From Campylobacterales bacterium (GTDB lineage: Bacteria > Campylobacterota > Campylobacteria > Campylobacterales > QNZT01), in assembly GCA_024278835.1 (NCBI GenBank), contig JAJRSK010000053.1, positions 21,658 through 85,657 of the forward strand: 64,000 nt of DNA, in the 5' to 3' direction. The translations under genes and the position numbers were made by a program. The notes below the pieces were generated by a model. The model did no database searches. It was not told the DNA's origin and worked only from the letters and a program-made list of their open reading frames with translations. This document shows, one piece after another, positions 32,078-41,633 of the stretch. Every line of letters begins with the position of its first letter. Within the stretch, counting starts at the first letter, position 1.

Positions 32078-32518
32078 CTAAAAGAATTTTTTGCGTGTTT
32101 TTAAGATAGTATCACTGTTTAAAAAAGAGCCATCATGATAGGAGTTCTGTTTTACTTTTACTTCCCTAGCAAAGGTGTTAACAGGAGTATAATTTTTCAC
32201 TAACTTTCTTATTTTTTTGCTAGCAGAAAAAGCACTAGGATTTGACTTTTTTACCTCTACTAATATCCTTGCATAATCATCTTTTTTTATATTCACAATA
32301 TAAAATCTATTAAAAATTTTTCCATATTCTACAAAAGTATTGTACTGAGAAAATAGTCGATTTTGGTGCAAAATATTTTTTCTTTCCTTAAAAGCTCCCA
32401 CTTGAATTGCTTCAAAATGCACTGAAATTTCTTCTATTTTTAGATTCTTAGCTGAAGCTGAAGTGAGGGCTGTGAAACTTAAGAGCAGTAAAGTAAACAT
32501 TTTTTTGAGTCTATTCAT
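32078..32518 (-). CDS. Exported hypothetical protein, SPOR-like
   Basis: Signal peptide and an IQVGAF motif. Confidence 0.55.
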   Translation of the reverse strand: MNRLKKMFTLLLLSFTALTSASAKNLKIEEISVHFEAIQVGAFKERKNILHQNRLFSQYNTFVEYGKIFNRFYIVNIKKDDYARILVEVKKSNPSAFSASKKIRKLVKNYTPVNTFAREVKVKQNSYHDGSFLNSDTILKTRKKFF

Positions 32519-32553
32519 ATGATTTTCCTTACCTATTAATTATATATGGCCTA

Positions 32554-32581
32554 ATATCGACAAAACAAGATAGTAAATTTA
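32554..32581 (-). promoter_or_regulatory. Candidate sigma-28 (FliA) promoter
   Basis: Minus strand TAAATTTA-N12-GTCGATAT upstream of the 32518 start; compare TAAAGTTT-N11-GCCGATAA. Confidence 0.4.
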
Positions 32582-32712
32582 AGATTAAATAAAACTGAAA
32601 GTAAACGAATATTAAACAGACTTTAATATATTTCACTATTATTTTATTTTATTGCAATAATAAAATTAAAAAGCTATAATTTTCGAGTCTAAAAAATTTA
32701 AAAGGATTTTGA

Positions 32713-34092
32713 ATGAAAAATTACAAATTATCAACAGCTTTAGCCGTATCTCTAGCTGTCGCATCAACAAGCTTAGTAGCGGACGCTACAGATATCTCTG
32801 GGATTTTACCAAATGCACAACCAGGTGAGTGTTATGCAAAAGTTATCATTCCCGCAAAATTTGAAACTACTACTGAAAAAGTTCTTGCAAAAGAAGCTTC
32901 AGAAAGACTCCAAATTATTCCCGCAAAATATGGAACAGCAAGTGAAAGAATCTTAGTTAAAGAAGCGTCAACTAGACTTTCTGTTATTCCTGCAACATAC
33001 ACTAAAACATCTGAAAAAGTTTTAGTAAGAGATGCAGAAGTTATGTGGCATACAAGCTTAAAAAATTCTATTCCTGTTTCTGCTGAGATTTTAGCTGCGG
33101 CAAAGACAGGTGGTGCTGATATAGATAGCATGGAAGTTGGTTCTTGTTATAGAGAGTATTTCACTCCTGCAACTTATGCAACTTCAAGCCAAACTTATGT
33201 TTCTAAAGAAGCAAGCGCATCTTTAAAAGTTGTTCCTGCAACTTATGAGTATGCAGAAGAGAGAGTACTTGTAAAAGAAGCTTCTCAAAGAATCGTTAAA
33301 GTTCCAGCTACTTATGGCACAGTGAGTGAAAAAGTACTTGTAGAGCCAGAAAAAACAATGTGGAAAAAATCACAATGTAATGGCAGAAACAATGACTGTG
33401 GTGTTATGTGTCTTATCACTACACCTGCTCGATACAAAACAGTTACTAAAAGAGTTGTTAAAACACCTGCGACTACAAAAGTTATTGATATCCCTGCAGT
33501 TTATAAAACTGTTAAAGTTAGAAAACTTGCAACTCCTGCTACAGTACAAGAAATTGCTATTCCTGAGCAAACTTCTTCATACAGTGTTAGAAGCAAAACT
33601 GGTGATGCAACATTTTCATGGGCAAAAGTTGGTTCTAAAACAACTGGCAAATATACAGGTCACCAAGTTTGTAAACTTGCTACGCCTGCACAATACAGAA
33701 CTATCACAAAAACTGTTGTAGCAACACCAGCAACAACTAAAGAGACGGAAATTCCAGCAGTATATAAAGATATCACAGTAACTAAACTTGTTACTCCAGC
33801 AGAAGTAAAAAGAATTGTGATTCCTGAGACTTACCAAACAATTACAAAAAGAGATATGATTTCTCCAAGTTCAGTACAATGGAAAAAAGTTGTATGTCAA
33901 TCAAGCATGGGTACATCTACTTTAAGAGCGGTTCAAACTGCACTTAAAAATGAAGGTCTTTACAAAGGTCCAATCGATGGTATCAATGGTATTTTAACTA
34001 GAAATGCTGTTAAGGCTTACCAAAAAGCACATGGATTATATGTTGGTGGATTAACTCACGAAGTTATGAAGTCACTAGGTGTTTCTTTCTAA
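32713..34092 (+). CDS. Exported repeat protein with C-terminal peptidoglycan-binding domain
   Basis: Signal peptide; repeated (I/V)PAxYxTxxExVLVKEAS units; C-terminal VQTALKNEGLYKGPIDGING..TRNAVKAYQ. Confidence 0.85.
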   Translation: MKNYKLSTALAVSLAVASTSLVADATDISGILPNAQPGECYAKVIIPAKFETTTEKVLAKEASERLQIIPAKYGTASERILVKEASTRLSVIPATYTKTSEKVLVRDAEVMWHTSLKNSIPVSAEILAAAKTGGADIDSMEVGSCYREYFTPATYATSSQTYVSKEASASLKVVPATYEYAEERVLVKEASQRIVKVPATYGTVSEKVLVEPEKTMWKKSQCNGRNNDCGVMCLITTPARYKTVTKRVVKTPATTKVIDIPAVYKTVKVRKLATPATVQEIAIPEQTSSYSVRSKTGDATFSWAKVGSKTTGKYTGHQVCKLATPAQYRTITKTVVATPATTKETEIPAVYKDITVTKLVTPAEVKRIVIPETYQTITKRDMISPSSVQWKKVVCQSSMGTSTLRAVQTALKNEGLYKGPIDGINGILTRNAVKAYQKAHGLYVGGLTHEVMKSLGVSF

Positions 34093-34109
34093 TCTAAACA
34101 TTTAATTAT

Positions 34110-34148
34110 TGATTACTCAGTCGCTGCAGCGGCTGAGTAATCATTTTT
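34110..34148 (+). terminator. Rho-independent terminator
   Basis: TGATTACTCAGTCGC-tgca-GCGGCTGAGTAATCA followed by TTTTT. Confidence 0.8.
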
Positions 34149-34551
34149 ATGCCGCTATTTTCCTACTTGTACTGTCATAAATCTTTTGTAGTAATTTTTT
34201 CATATCTACTGGTTTTGTCAAAAAACAAAATATATTTAATTTGGACAACTTTGTCAAATACTCTATCTCTGCATAGGCAGACAATACTATCACCACTTGG
34301 GAAGGATATACTTTTTGAATCTTCTCTACCATCTCTAAACCATCCATAACTGGCATGTTGATATCTGTGATTACTAAATCAAAGCTCTCATTTTGATATT
34401 TCATCAACCCTTCATAGCCATTTTCTGCATAAACAACTTTCTTAAAAATTTCATTAAACATCTCTAATTTAACATTTTTAAGTTGTTCATTGTCTTCGAC
34501 ATAAAGTAGTGTTAACTCTTTGGTTTGTTCTTTCAATATTTTTATATTCAT
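34147..34551 (-). CDS. Single-domain response regulator
   Basis: LYVEDN, ITDINMPVMDG, LSAY, FLTKP. Confidence 0.9.
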   Translation of the reverse strand: MNIKILKEQTKELTLLYVEDNEQLKNVKLEMFNEIFKKVVYAENGYEGLMKYQNESFDLVITDINMPVMDGLEMVEKIQKVYPSQVVIVLSAYAEIEYLTKLSKLNIFCFLTKPVDMKKLLQKIYDSTSRKIAA

Positions 34552-34773
34552 CTATTTCCTTCCATTTTTCACACAAAATGGTATCCCCCCCACTCTCTGT
34601 ACTAATTCTATATCGGTCATAAATAGAAAAAAACGAATAATAATTTTATAGTAAAAAGAGTTACTGTAAGTAATTACATAAGCACTTGAAGGAAGTACCC
34701 AAAAGATGAAATAGTATGAAATATTGGAGAAATAAAAAGTTTTTATACTTTTCAAGAGAGTTTACAAAAAGTA

Positions 34774-34799
34774 TCAAAAAGCCCAAAAAGGCTTTTTGA
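34774..34799 (-). terminator. Terminator hairpin after acs
   Basis: TCAAAAAGCC-N6-GGCTTTTTGA immediately after the acs stop. Confidence 0.65.
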
Positions 34800-36737
34800 C
34801 TAAGCCTCTTTTACCGCTTTTTCTATCTGTCCGACAACAGCTGGATCTTCTAAAGTAGAAGTATCTTGGGTGATAGCTTCACCAATAGCAATGGAGCGTA
34901 AAATACGTCTCATAATCTTTCCAGAACGCGTCTTGGGAAGCCCTGGAACAACTACTATGTCATCTGCCTTAGCGATGTTTCCAATCTCGCTTGAAAGTAA
35001 ATCATTGATATGTTTTTTCATATCTTTTTCTGCTTCACTTTTTAGTACAACATAGATAAAGATTGATTCACCCTTGATATCATGATGACGACCAACAACC
35101 GCTACTTCAGCAACATAGTCATCTTCTGTCACAACAGCTTCAATCTCTGCTGAGCCCATTCTATGCCCTGAAACATTGATAACATCATCCATGCGCCCGG
35201 TGATAGTAATATAACCATCTTTATCTACATTGGCTCCATCTCCTGTAAAGTAGACAGGTTTACCATCTTTTTTGGCATCTCCAAAATAAGCAGATTTAAA
35301 CCTCTCAGGATCTCCCCAGATATTACGAATCATACTTGGCCAAGGCTTGGTAATACAAAGCAATCCTGTTTCACCTAACTCTTTTGCATTGCCATCTGCA
35401 TCCATCACTTCTGCCATGATCCCAGGTAGTGCATAAGTCGCACAGGCTGGCTTGATAGGTGTAGCCCCAGGAAGTGGTGAAATCATATGCCCACCTGTCT
35501 CAGTTTGCCAGTATGTATCAACGATAGCACACTGACTACCGCCAACGGCTTCATAGTACCATTTCCATGCAGGAGGATCGATAGGTTCACCTACGGTTCC
35601 TAACACTTTTAGACTACTAAGATCATACTTTGAAGGTTCATCTTCACCCATTTTATGCAACACTCTAATCGCTGTAGGTGCCGTGTAAAATTGTGTGATT
35701 TTATGATCTTGTACCATTTTCCAAGCACGCCCAGCATCAGGATAAGTCGGCACACCTTCAAACATCAATGTTGTCGTTCCTGCCGCCAATGGACCATAGA
35801 CGATATAAGTATGTCCTGTGATCCAACCGATATCTGCTGTGCACCAGTAAACATCATCACCTTGCACATCAAAGACCCACTCCATCGTCATCTGTGCCCA
35901 GAGGATATACCCAGCCGTGTTGTGTTGCACCCCTTTTGGCTTTCCTGTACTGCCTGAAGTATAAAGTAAAAAAAGAGGATCTTCACTATCCATTGGTTCA
36001 AATGGGCATTCGTCAGATTCAGCCCCAATAAGCGCGTTATAATCATGGTCTCTCCCCTCTTCCCAGTGGATATCTTCATTGTTTCTCTTTACAACCAAGA
36101 CGGCTTCAACACAATCAATTTTCTTGTCTAATGCATCATCAACAACGGGCTTTAGAAGATAGGGTTTTCCTTTTCTATAAGCACCATCTGCGGTGATAAC
36201 AAGTTTTGCTTTGGCATCTTCGATTCTATCCTTTAGTGCTCCGGCTGAAAATCCACCAAAAACGATCGAGTGAATCGCACCAATTCGTGCACATGCTAGC
36301 ATCGCATAAGCTGCTTCAGGAATCATTGGCATATAGAGAATAACCCTATCACCCTTTTTAACACCAAATTTATTTTTCAAAAGATTGGCAAATTTATTCA
36401 CTCTTTTGCTAAGTTCCGCGTAAGTAATTTTCTCTATATCACCACGATCACCTTCAAACAAAATAGCAACTTTGTTACTCTTTTGGGCTAAATGTCTGTC
36501 GATACATTGATTTGAAACATTGAGCTTACCCTTCGTGAACCACTTGTAAAAAGGGGCATCTGACTCATCAAGCACTTTGTCATAGGAAGCCAACCACTCT
36601 ATCTTTTCATCAGCATACTCTTTCCAAAAACCTTCATAGTCCTCATCCGCTTTTTTCATCAGCGCATTGTACTCATCCATACTCTTTATATGTGCATTTT
36701 TAGAAAATTCTGCATTTGGTTGAAAAATATTTTCCAT
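34800..36737 (-). CDS. acs: Acetyl-CoA synthetase
   Basis: [45 protein letters not shown]. Confidence 0.97.
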   Translation of the reverse strand: MENIFQPNAEFSKNAHIKSMDEYNALMKKADEDYEGFWKEYADEKIEWLASYDKVLDESDAPFYKWFTKGKLNVSNQCIDRHLAQKSNKVAILFEGDRGDIEKITYAELSKRVNKFANLLKNKFGVKKGDRVILYMPMIPEAAYAMLACARIGAIHSIVFGGFSAGALKDRIEDAKAKLVITADGAYRKGKPYLLKPVVDDALDKKIDCVEAVLVVKRNNEDIHWEEGRDHDYNALIGAESDECPFEPMDSEDPLFLLYTSGSTGKPKGVQHNTAGYILWAQMTMEWVFDVQGDDVYWCTADIGWITGHTYIVYGPLAAGTTTLMFEGVPTYPDAGRAWKMVQDHKITQFYTAPTAIRVLHKMGEDEPSKYDLSSLKVLGTVGEPIDPPAWKWYYEAVGGSQCAIVDTYWQTETGGHMISPLPGATPIKPACATYALPGIMAEVMDADGNAKELGETGLLCITKPWPSMIRNIWGDPERFKSAYFGDAKKDGKPVYFTGDGANVDKDGYITITGRMDDVINVSGHRMGSAEIEAVVTEDDYVAEVAVVGRHHDIKGESIFIYVVLKSEAEKDMKKHINDLLSSEIGNIAKADDIVVVPGLPKTRSGKIMRRILRSIAIGEAITQDTSTLEDPAVVGQIEKAVKEA

Positions 36738-36815
36738 TTTTATCCTTCGTAAGTTTTATTATTATTTATTATATCCTAAATGCTAACGCTTATCTAGGAG
36801 TTAATTAGGGTTATT

Positions 36816-36835
36816 TAATCTATCATGATAGATTA
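36816..36835. repeat. 20-bp perfect palindrome centred on the iterated motif
   Basis: TAATCTATCATGATAGATTA in the amrB-acs intergenic region. Confidence 0.85.
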
Positions 36836-36850
36836 TTTCAATTTGTAACA

Positions 36851-37651
36851 CTAATACATCGCGACGCTTAAATGTCCTTCTACCCTCACCTTCTCACCTG
36901 TATTGATACTAGAGGTTTGATAATTTAAAATTTGTGGTTTTAAACCCTGTTTTTTAGAAATAGCTATCAACGCCTTGATTGCCATTAATCCTGAAGCATT
37001 ACATCCAGAATGTAGTCTATCATTCTCAAGCATCGTAAGGGCATTGAGATAAGTCGCGTCAATGATACCAAGCTCTTTTTGCTCTTCCAAGTTGCCCAAG
37101 TCCGTACAGATAACCACGATATTTTCTGAATCTCTTAAAGAAGTTTCAATGACTTTTTCAAGCTCCCCTTGCATCACATCCCCATATACAAGCTCAACGA
37201 CTTTCAAATCACCAAGATAATGTTTGATAAAAGGCATTTGCACTTCTGTAGATTCTTCCTTGTGGGCTTTTTTTTCAAAACCAATACCACAAGCATTTTT
37301 TAACATCTCTAAATAAGCTATATCAATCTTTAGTTTTCCACAAGGTGTTTTATAACTTTTATAAAAACTCCCACTTATTCCAGAAAATCTTTTATGTTGA
37401 CTCGGGCCTATCACAATGATTCTCTTCTTGCCTTCGGATTTCTCTTGCAACAATCTATAAGTAAAATTTGCCGTAAATCCAGAGTACAGCATGCCTGCAT
37501 GAGGTACTATCACCGCACGTGGTGTAAAGGCTGGGAGTCTATTCTCGCCAAGTGCATGGTCTAGTTTTTCATTGAAACTCTCTATGAGTGACTCACACTC
37601 TTGGCAGCTCTCTGGATAGAGTGACTCCTGCGCATACATCTTTCTTTTCAT
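36851..37651 (-). CDS. amrB: AmmeMemoRadiSam system protein B (MEMO1 family), degenerate active site
   Basis: RAVIVPHAG.LYSG, IGPS, TPCG.L.ID, STEVQMPFIK, Y.TS. Confidence 0.8.
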   Translation of the reverse strand: MKRKMYAQESLYPESCQECESLIESFNEKLDHALGENRLPAFTPRAVIVPHAGMLYSGFTANFTYRLLQEKSEGKKRIIVIGPSQHKRFSGISGSFYKSYKTPCGKLKIDIAYLEMLKNACGIGFEKKAHKEESTEVQMPFIKHYLGDLKVVELVYGDVMQGELEKVIETSLRDSENIVVICTDLGNLEEQKELGIIDATYLNALTMLENDRLHSGCNASGLMAIKALIAISKKQGLKPQILNYQTSSINTGEKVRVEGHLSVAMY

Positions 37652-38865
37652 AATAGTTCTCCTTGTTTGATAACTTCTTTTACTTCTCCAAAAATTTCCA
37701 GACCAAAAAGTAGAGAATTTTTATCGCCACATATCTTTTTGACACTTGGATTAAAAAGTATGACATCCGCGATATATCCCTCTTGGATCTTACCTACATT
37801 CTCCAACTCTAAAATCTCAGCAGGCACTTCACTCATAAGAGCAATGAGCCTCTGCATATCTATATGTCCTGCCTTTACCAACGATGTATAACAAAGTGCC
37901 AAATATTCCTCTAGCGAATCCACACCATAAGAAGCATCATTAAAAGGGACATCTTTACTATTAAAAGATTTTGCAGCGTGCAATGACGTCAATATATCGA
38001 TTTTACCCACCTTAAGCGCCTCCATCAACTTTCCTCTCTCCCCTTCATCACGTAAAGGAGGCATCAGCTTTGCCAAAGTATTAAAGTCACCACAGGCTTC
38101 ATCGCTGAAAATAAGATGAAAGATAGAAACCTCTGCATAGATCTGAGGATTTGTAAACTTCGCACGCGCAACCATATCGAGAGAAGAAGCAGTTGAAAGG
38201 GATTGAAAAACTGTTTTAGCCCCATAATACTCTGCCATCGCCGACACTTTAGCCACTTCCGAAATCTCACTTACTTTGCTTATCCCAGCCAATCCAAGTT
38301 TAGAAGAAGTCACCCCTTCATGCATAACGCCATTATCATTTAAATCAGGATTATCACAAAAACAAAAAAACGGTACTTTTTTCATCAATGCATACTGCAA
38401 GATACGTCTTAAAAGGTTACCGTTGATATGAGAATTTTCTTGGATGAGCGTCGCGCCAGAACCAAGCAGGCGTGAGATATTGTTTAACTTATTTTTCTCA
38501 CCAACTTGTAAACCTTTGATGGAAAGTTTCATAGCATCATCTAACTTATGTTCCAGTAACTCCATGAAGGTATCACTCTCTACAGAAGGAGTGAAGTCTG
38601 GCATCAAGGCAAAGCTTGTCACACCTGACTTTTTCGCTTTATTTTTAAGTCGTTTGATATGTGCTTTACTTAAAACATCATCTTTAAAACGCACATTGAG
38701 ATCGATGATACCCGGAAGCAGATAGAGTCCCTTTGCATCTATCATGCTAGCTGTTTCTTCTTCTATACACGCATCAATTTTGGCTATTTTATCCTCTTTT
38801 ATCAAAACATCTTTTATGAACTCTTCACCCTCACTAAAGAGCGTGGCATTTTTTATCAATAACAT
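37648..38865 (-). CDS. Dihydroorotase-like amidohydrolase, probably non-catalytic PyrC'
   Basis: LPGIIDLNVRF (lacks HxH), AKLMPPLR, GKIQEGYIAD. Confidence 0.8.
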   Translation of the reverse strand: MLLIKNATLFSEGEEFIKDVLIKEDKIAKIDACIEEETASMIDAKGLYLLPGIIDLNVRFKDDVLSKAHIKRLKNKAKKSGVTSFALMPDFTPSVESDTFMELLEHKLDDAMKLSIKGLQVGEKNKLNNISRLLGSGATLIQENSHINGNLLRRILQYALMKKVPFFCFCDNPDLNDNGVMHEGVTSSKLGLAGISKVSEISEVAKVSAMAEYYGAKTVFQSLSTASSLDMVARAKFTNPQIYAEVSIFHLIFSDEACGDFNTLAKLMPPLRDEGERGKLMEALKVGKIDILTSLHAAKSFNSKDVPFNDASYGVDSLEEYLALCYTSLVKAGHIDMQRLIALMSEVPAEILELENVGKIQEGYIADVILFNPSVKKICGDKNSLLFGLEIFGEVKEVIKQGELL

Positions 38866-38943
38866 TTACTACCTCACTTAACAGCTATTATACTAAAATT
38901 TTTGCTATAATCGCACTTCAATTACATTCAAGGATTTAAAATT

Positions 38944-39426
38944 ATGAAAACATATGATTTTTCAGCAGACGAAATGGCATCATTTCAATATGCTACAATG
39001 AAAACAAACAAGGGTGATATCAAACTCAAGCTTTATGTTGATGAGACACCAAACACCGTAGCAAACTTTGCACACTTAGCCAACGAAGGTTTTTATGATG
39101 ATAAAATCTTCCACAGAGTTATCCCAGGATTTATGGCACAAGGTGGTTGTCCTACAGGCACAGGTACAGGTGGTCCTGGTTGGAGTATCGCATGTGAAAC
39201 AGATAAAAACACCCATAAACACGTCAAAGGAACGCTCTCTATGGCACACGCTGGACCAAACACAGGTGGTAGTCAATTCTTCATCTGCTTTGTAGCTTGT
39301 CCTCACTTAGATGGTGTTCACACAGTATTTGGTGGTATCGAAGAAGGTGATGAAGAGAGTTTCAAAGTACTTGATAGCCTCGAAGGTCATGACAAGATAG
39401 AGTCAGTTACTATTTCTGCCTCATAA
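38944..39426 (+). CDS. ppiB: Cyclophilin-type peptidyl-prolyl isomerase
   Basis: [37 protein letters not shown]. Confidence 0.92.
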   Translation: MKTYDFSADEMASFQYATMKTNKGDIKLKLYVDETPNTVANFAHLANEGFYDDKIFHRVIPGFMAQGGCPTGTGTGGPGWSIACETDKNTHKHVKGTLSMAHAGPNTGGSQFFICFVACPHLDGVHTVFGGIEEGDEESFKVLDSLEGHDKIESVTISAS

Positions 39427-39433
39427 ACTATCT

Positions 39434-39463
39434 GTTATCATGATAGGCAGCTATCATGATAAC
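39434..39463. terminator. Hairpin built from two copies of the iterated palindrome
   Basis: GTTATCATGATAG-gcag-CTATCATGATAAC, a perfect 13-bp stem between convergent genes. Confidence 0.65.
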
Positions 39464-40116
39464 TATATGCTTCGCATACTCCCTACTACTTTTCCAACAA
39501 CTTCAACGCTACTACTCTCTACAGACTCAATAGAATAAAGCGCATTATCAGAAATCAAATCCAACATCCCATTACTTCTAAGCGATAAGCGTTTGATAAA
39601 CAGACCATTAGGCGTTGCCACGACAAATACCCCACCTCGGTTTATCTCTTTTTGACTACGATTGATAAATACCATGTCATTTTCATAAAAAGTTGGCTCC
39701 ATCGAGTCACCCATGACATTGATAGAGTCGATATACTTTATCTCTCTTTGCCCACCTAACATATCTACCATATGAGGATCTAGCACAACAGAATCATGTG
39801 CTTCATCATCAGTAAATGACCCTCCCCCCGCAGAGGCATAGATATCACCAAAGTAACGGACATTGGCATACTTTTCTGTCTCTTCTTCTAGTGAGCGGGT
39901 AGCTTGATTATAAAAGAGCCAATTGATAGAAATCTTTCTCTGTGCGCAAAAGTTTAGTACCTCTTCATAAGGTACTTTTCCTCTATTTTTCATCGTAGCA
40001 AAAGTAAGATGATTTATCTCTAAGGCATCTGCGATATCTTTATCAAATACCTTTTTATCACCCAACTCTTGGGAGATAACATCTTTTAACTTTGGTAATA
40101 GGTCTTTAAAATTCAT
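39463..40116 (-). CDS. Phage CI-like HTH plus S24 peptidase repressor (LexA-like)
   Basis: HTH (DKDIADALEI...MKNRGKVPY...ISINWL), ASAGGG cleavage region, GDSMEP catalytic Ser, FIKRL catalytic Lys. Confidence 0.9.
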   Translation of the reverse strand: MNFKDLLPKLKDVISQELGDKKVFDKDIADALEINHLTFATMKNRGKVPYEEVLNFCAQRKISINWLFYNQATRSLEEETEKYANVRYFGDIYASAGGGSFTDDEAHDSVVLDPHMVDMLGGQREIKYIDSINVMGDSMEPTFYENDMVFINRSQKEINRGGVFVVATPNGLFIKRLSLRSNGMLDLISDNALYSIESVESSSVEVVGKVVGSMRSI

Positions 40117-40173
40117 TTATAGGCTCCTTTACTATTTTTCAAAGCCCTAAATCTAGGGTTTTTCCTAAAAAAC

Positions 40174-40188
40174 ATTTCATTTTGAAAT
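40174..40188. promoter_or_regulatory. Candidate operator between the repressor and dinB
   Basis: ATTTCA-ttt-TGAAAT dyad; ATTACA half-site-like repeats at ~40215 and ~40235. Confidence 0.3.
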
Positions 40189-40253
40189 ATTATTGTAGCA
40201 TAAAAAATAATTTTATTACAATACGACTATAAAAATTACAAAAGGATTTAAAA

Positions 40254-40337
40254 ATGACTACATTATTAAACATCATAGACCAACTATTAACAGTGATTGA
40301 AAACTCAGTATTAAAGATTAATGAGCTTGTACTTTAA
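40254..40337 (+). CDS. 27-aa small ORF upstream of dinB
   Basis: RBS AAAGGA at 40241, then MTTLLNIIDQLLTVIENSVLKINELVL*; stop is 5 nt before the dinB ATG. Confidence 0.5.
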   Translation: MTTLLNIIDQLLTVIENSVLKINELVL

Positions 40338-40342
40338 CTATC

Positions 40343-41605
40343 ATGATAATGCATCTGGATTTAGATGCATTTTTTGCATCAGCTGAACGGATAGGTAATC
40401 CTCACTTAGATAATATACCTATCGCTGTAGGTGGAAGGGCTGATCCTTTTATCTTTGATAAAACAGCAAAAAGCAAAAAGGTCACTTTGGATAATGCTGG
40501 GGCATTTGTCCCTACCCTTTTTCACAGAGAAATAGCTGCCAATTTTGAGGGCTATTTTAAAGAGAAAGAGAAGATACGTGGCATCATAGTCACCTCCTCC
40601 TACGAAGCCCGTGCCTTTGGCATCAAAACAGCCATGCCACTAGCCCAAGCACTCAAACTCTGCCCTCATCTCACCATCTGCCTGCCTCGCCATCATCTCT
40701 ATCATGAACTCTCCCATAAACTCAAACTCTTTTTAGAAACAAAGATACCTTCTGTGGAACAGTATAGTATTGATGAGTTTTTTGCTGATGTAAGTGGATG
40801 GATAAAAGATGATGAGATTGAAGCATTTGCCAAAGGATTAAAAAAAGAGATTTTAGAAGAGTTTTCTCTACCTATCTCCATAGGTGTTGCCAAGACAAAG
40901 TGGCTGGCTAAGCTCTCCACTAACTTTGCTAAACCTGATGGCGTAAAACTCTTAAAGCCAGAAGATATCTCCTCTTTTATCCATGATATCCCCATAGAAG
41001 AATTCCCTGGAATTGGCAAAGCCACCCAAAAAAAACTTCACCATTATCAGAAAAAAACCCTAGGTGATATAGAAAACTCAAAAAACCTTTTGTACTCATG
41101 GGGAAATAGTGGCAAAGTCCTTTATGATAGAGTTTGTGGCTTAGATCATGATCTTATAGAGCATAAAAGGGATAGAAAATCCATCGGTATTTCACGTACC
41201 TTTGATACCATAGACGATAGAACTGAAATAAAACGACGACTCACTATCCTTTCTCGTCACCTCATATTTTTAGTTTCTAAACTACATTTACATCCCAAAA
41301 CACTTTTTGTAGGTATTCGTTACCAGTATCAGTCAAGTAAAAAACAGATAAGTTTTGAGAGGTTACTGCATGAAGATTTTTTACTAAAGAAAAGCTTAGA
41401 GGTTTTTGAAGAACTAGATATATATCCTAAAAGCAGCGTTATTCGTTTAAGCATATCGCTGACTAATTTTCAAGAAAATCCTATAAAATATCCCTCACTT
41501 TTTGACTATGCAGACGACCGAATATCGCATAAACTAACAGAGAAAACACAAAAGATGCGAGAAAAATATGGCGTGGATATCATCAAGAGAGGGTCTGAGT
41601 TGTAG
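40343..41605 (+). CDS. dinB: Y-family DNA polymerase IV
   Basis: HLDLDAFFAS, SYEARAFGIKTAM, SIDEFF, SIGVAKTKWLAKL, KPDG, PGIGK. Confidence 0.93.
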   Translation: MIMHLDLDAFFASAERIGNPHLDNIPIAVGGRADPFIFDKTAKSKKVTLDNAGAFVPTLFHREIAANFEGYFKEKEKIRGIIVTSSYEARAFGIKTAMPLAQALKLCPHLTICLPRHHLYHELSHKLKLFLETKIPSVEQYSIDEFFADVSGWIKDDEIEAFAKGLKKEILEEFSLPISIGVAKTKWLAKLSTNFAKPDGVKLLKPEDISSFIHDIPIEEFPGIGKATQKKLHHYQKKTLGDIENSKNLLYSWGNSGKVLYDRVCGLDHDLIEHKRDRKSIGISRTFDTIDDRTEIKRRLTILSRHLIFLVSKLHLHPKTLFVGIRYQYQSSKKQISFERLLHEDFLLKKSLEVFEELDIYPKSSVIRLSISLTNFQENPIKYPSLFDYADDRISHKLTEKTQKMREKYGVDIIKRGSEL

Positions 41606-41633
41606 AGGATGCCCTTAAGCACCCTCCAAAGGC

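Noticed and set aside
34552-34755. 67-aa minus-strand ORF
   Set aside because: AT-rich spacer containing terminator and promoter-like features; no recognisable protein character
37648-38865. Dihydroorotase lacking HxH as a pseudogene or novelty
   Set aside because: Non-catalytic PyrC' paralogues are known, and the ORF is intact
39463-40116. Prophage suggested by the CI-like repressor
   Set aside because: No integrase, structural or replication genes; flanked by housekeeping genes
41603-41615. TAGAGGATGCCCT resembling the MITE right end TAGAGGTGCCCT
   Set aside because: Needs an indel in a 12-bp match; more simply part of a weak hairpin between convergent dinB and raiA
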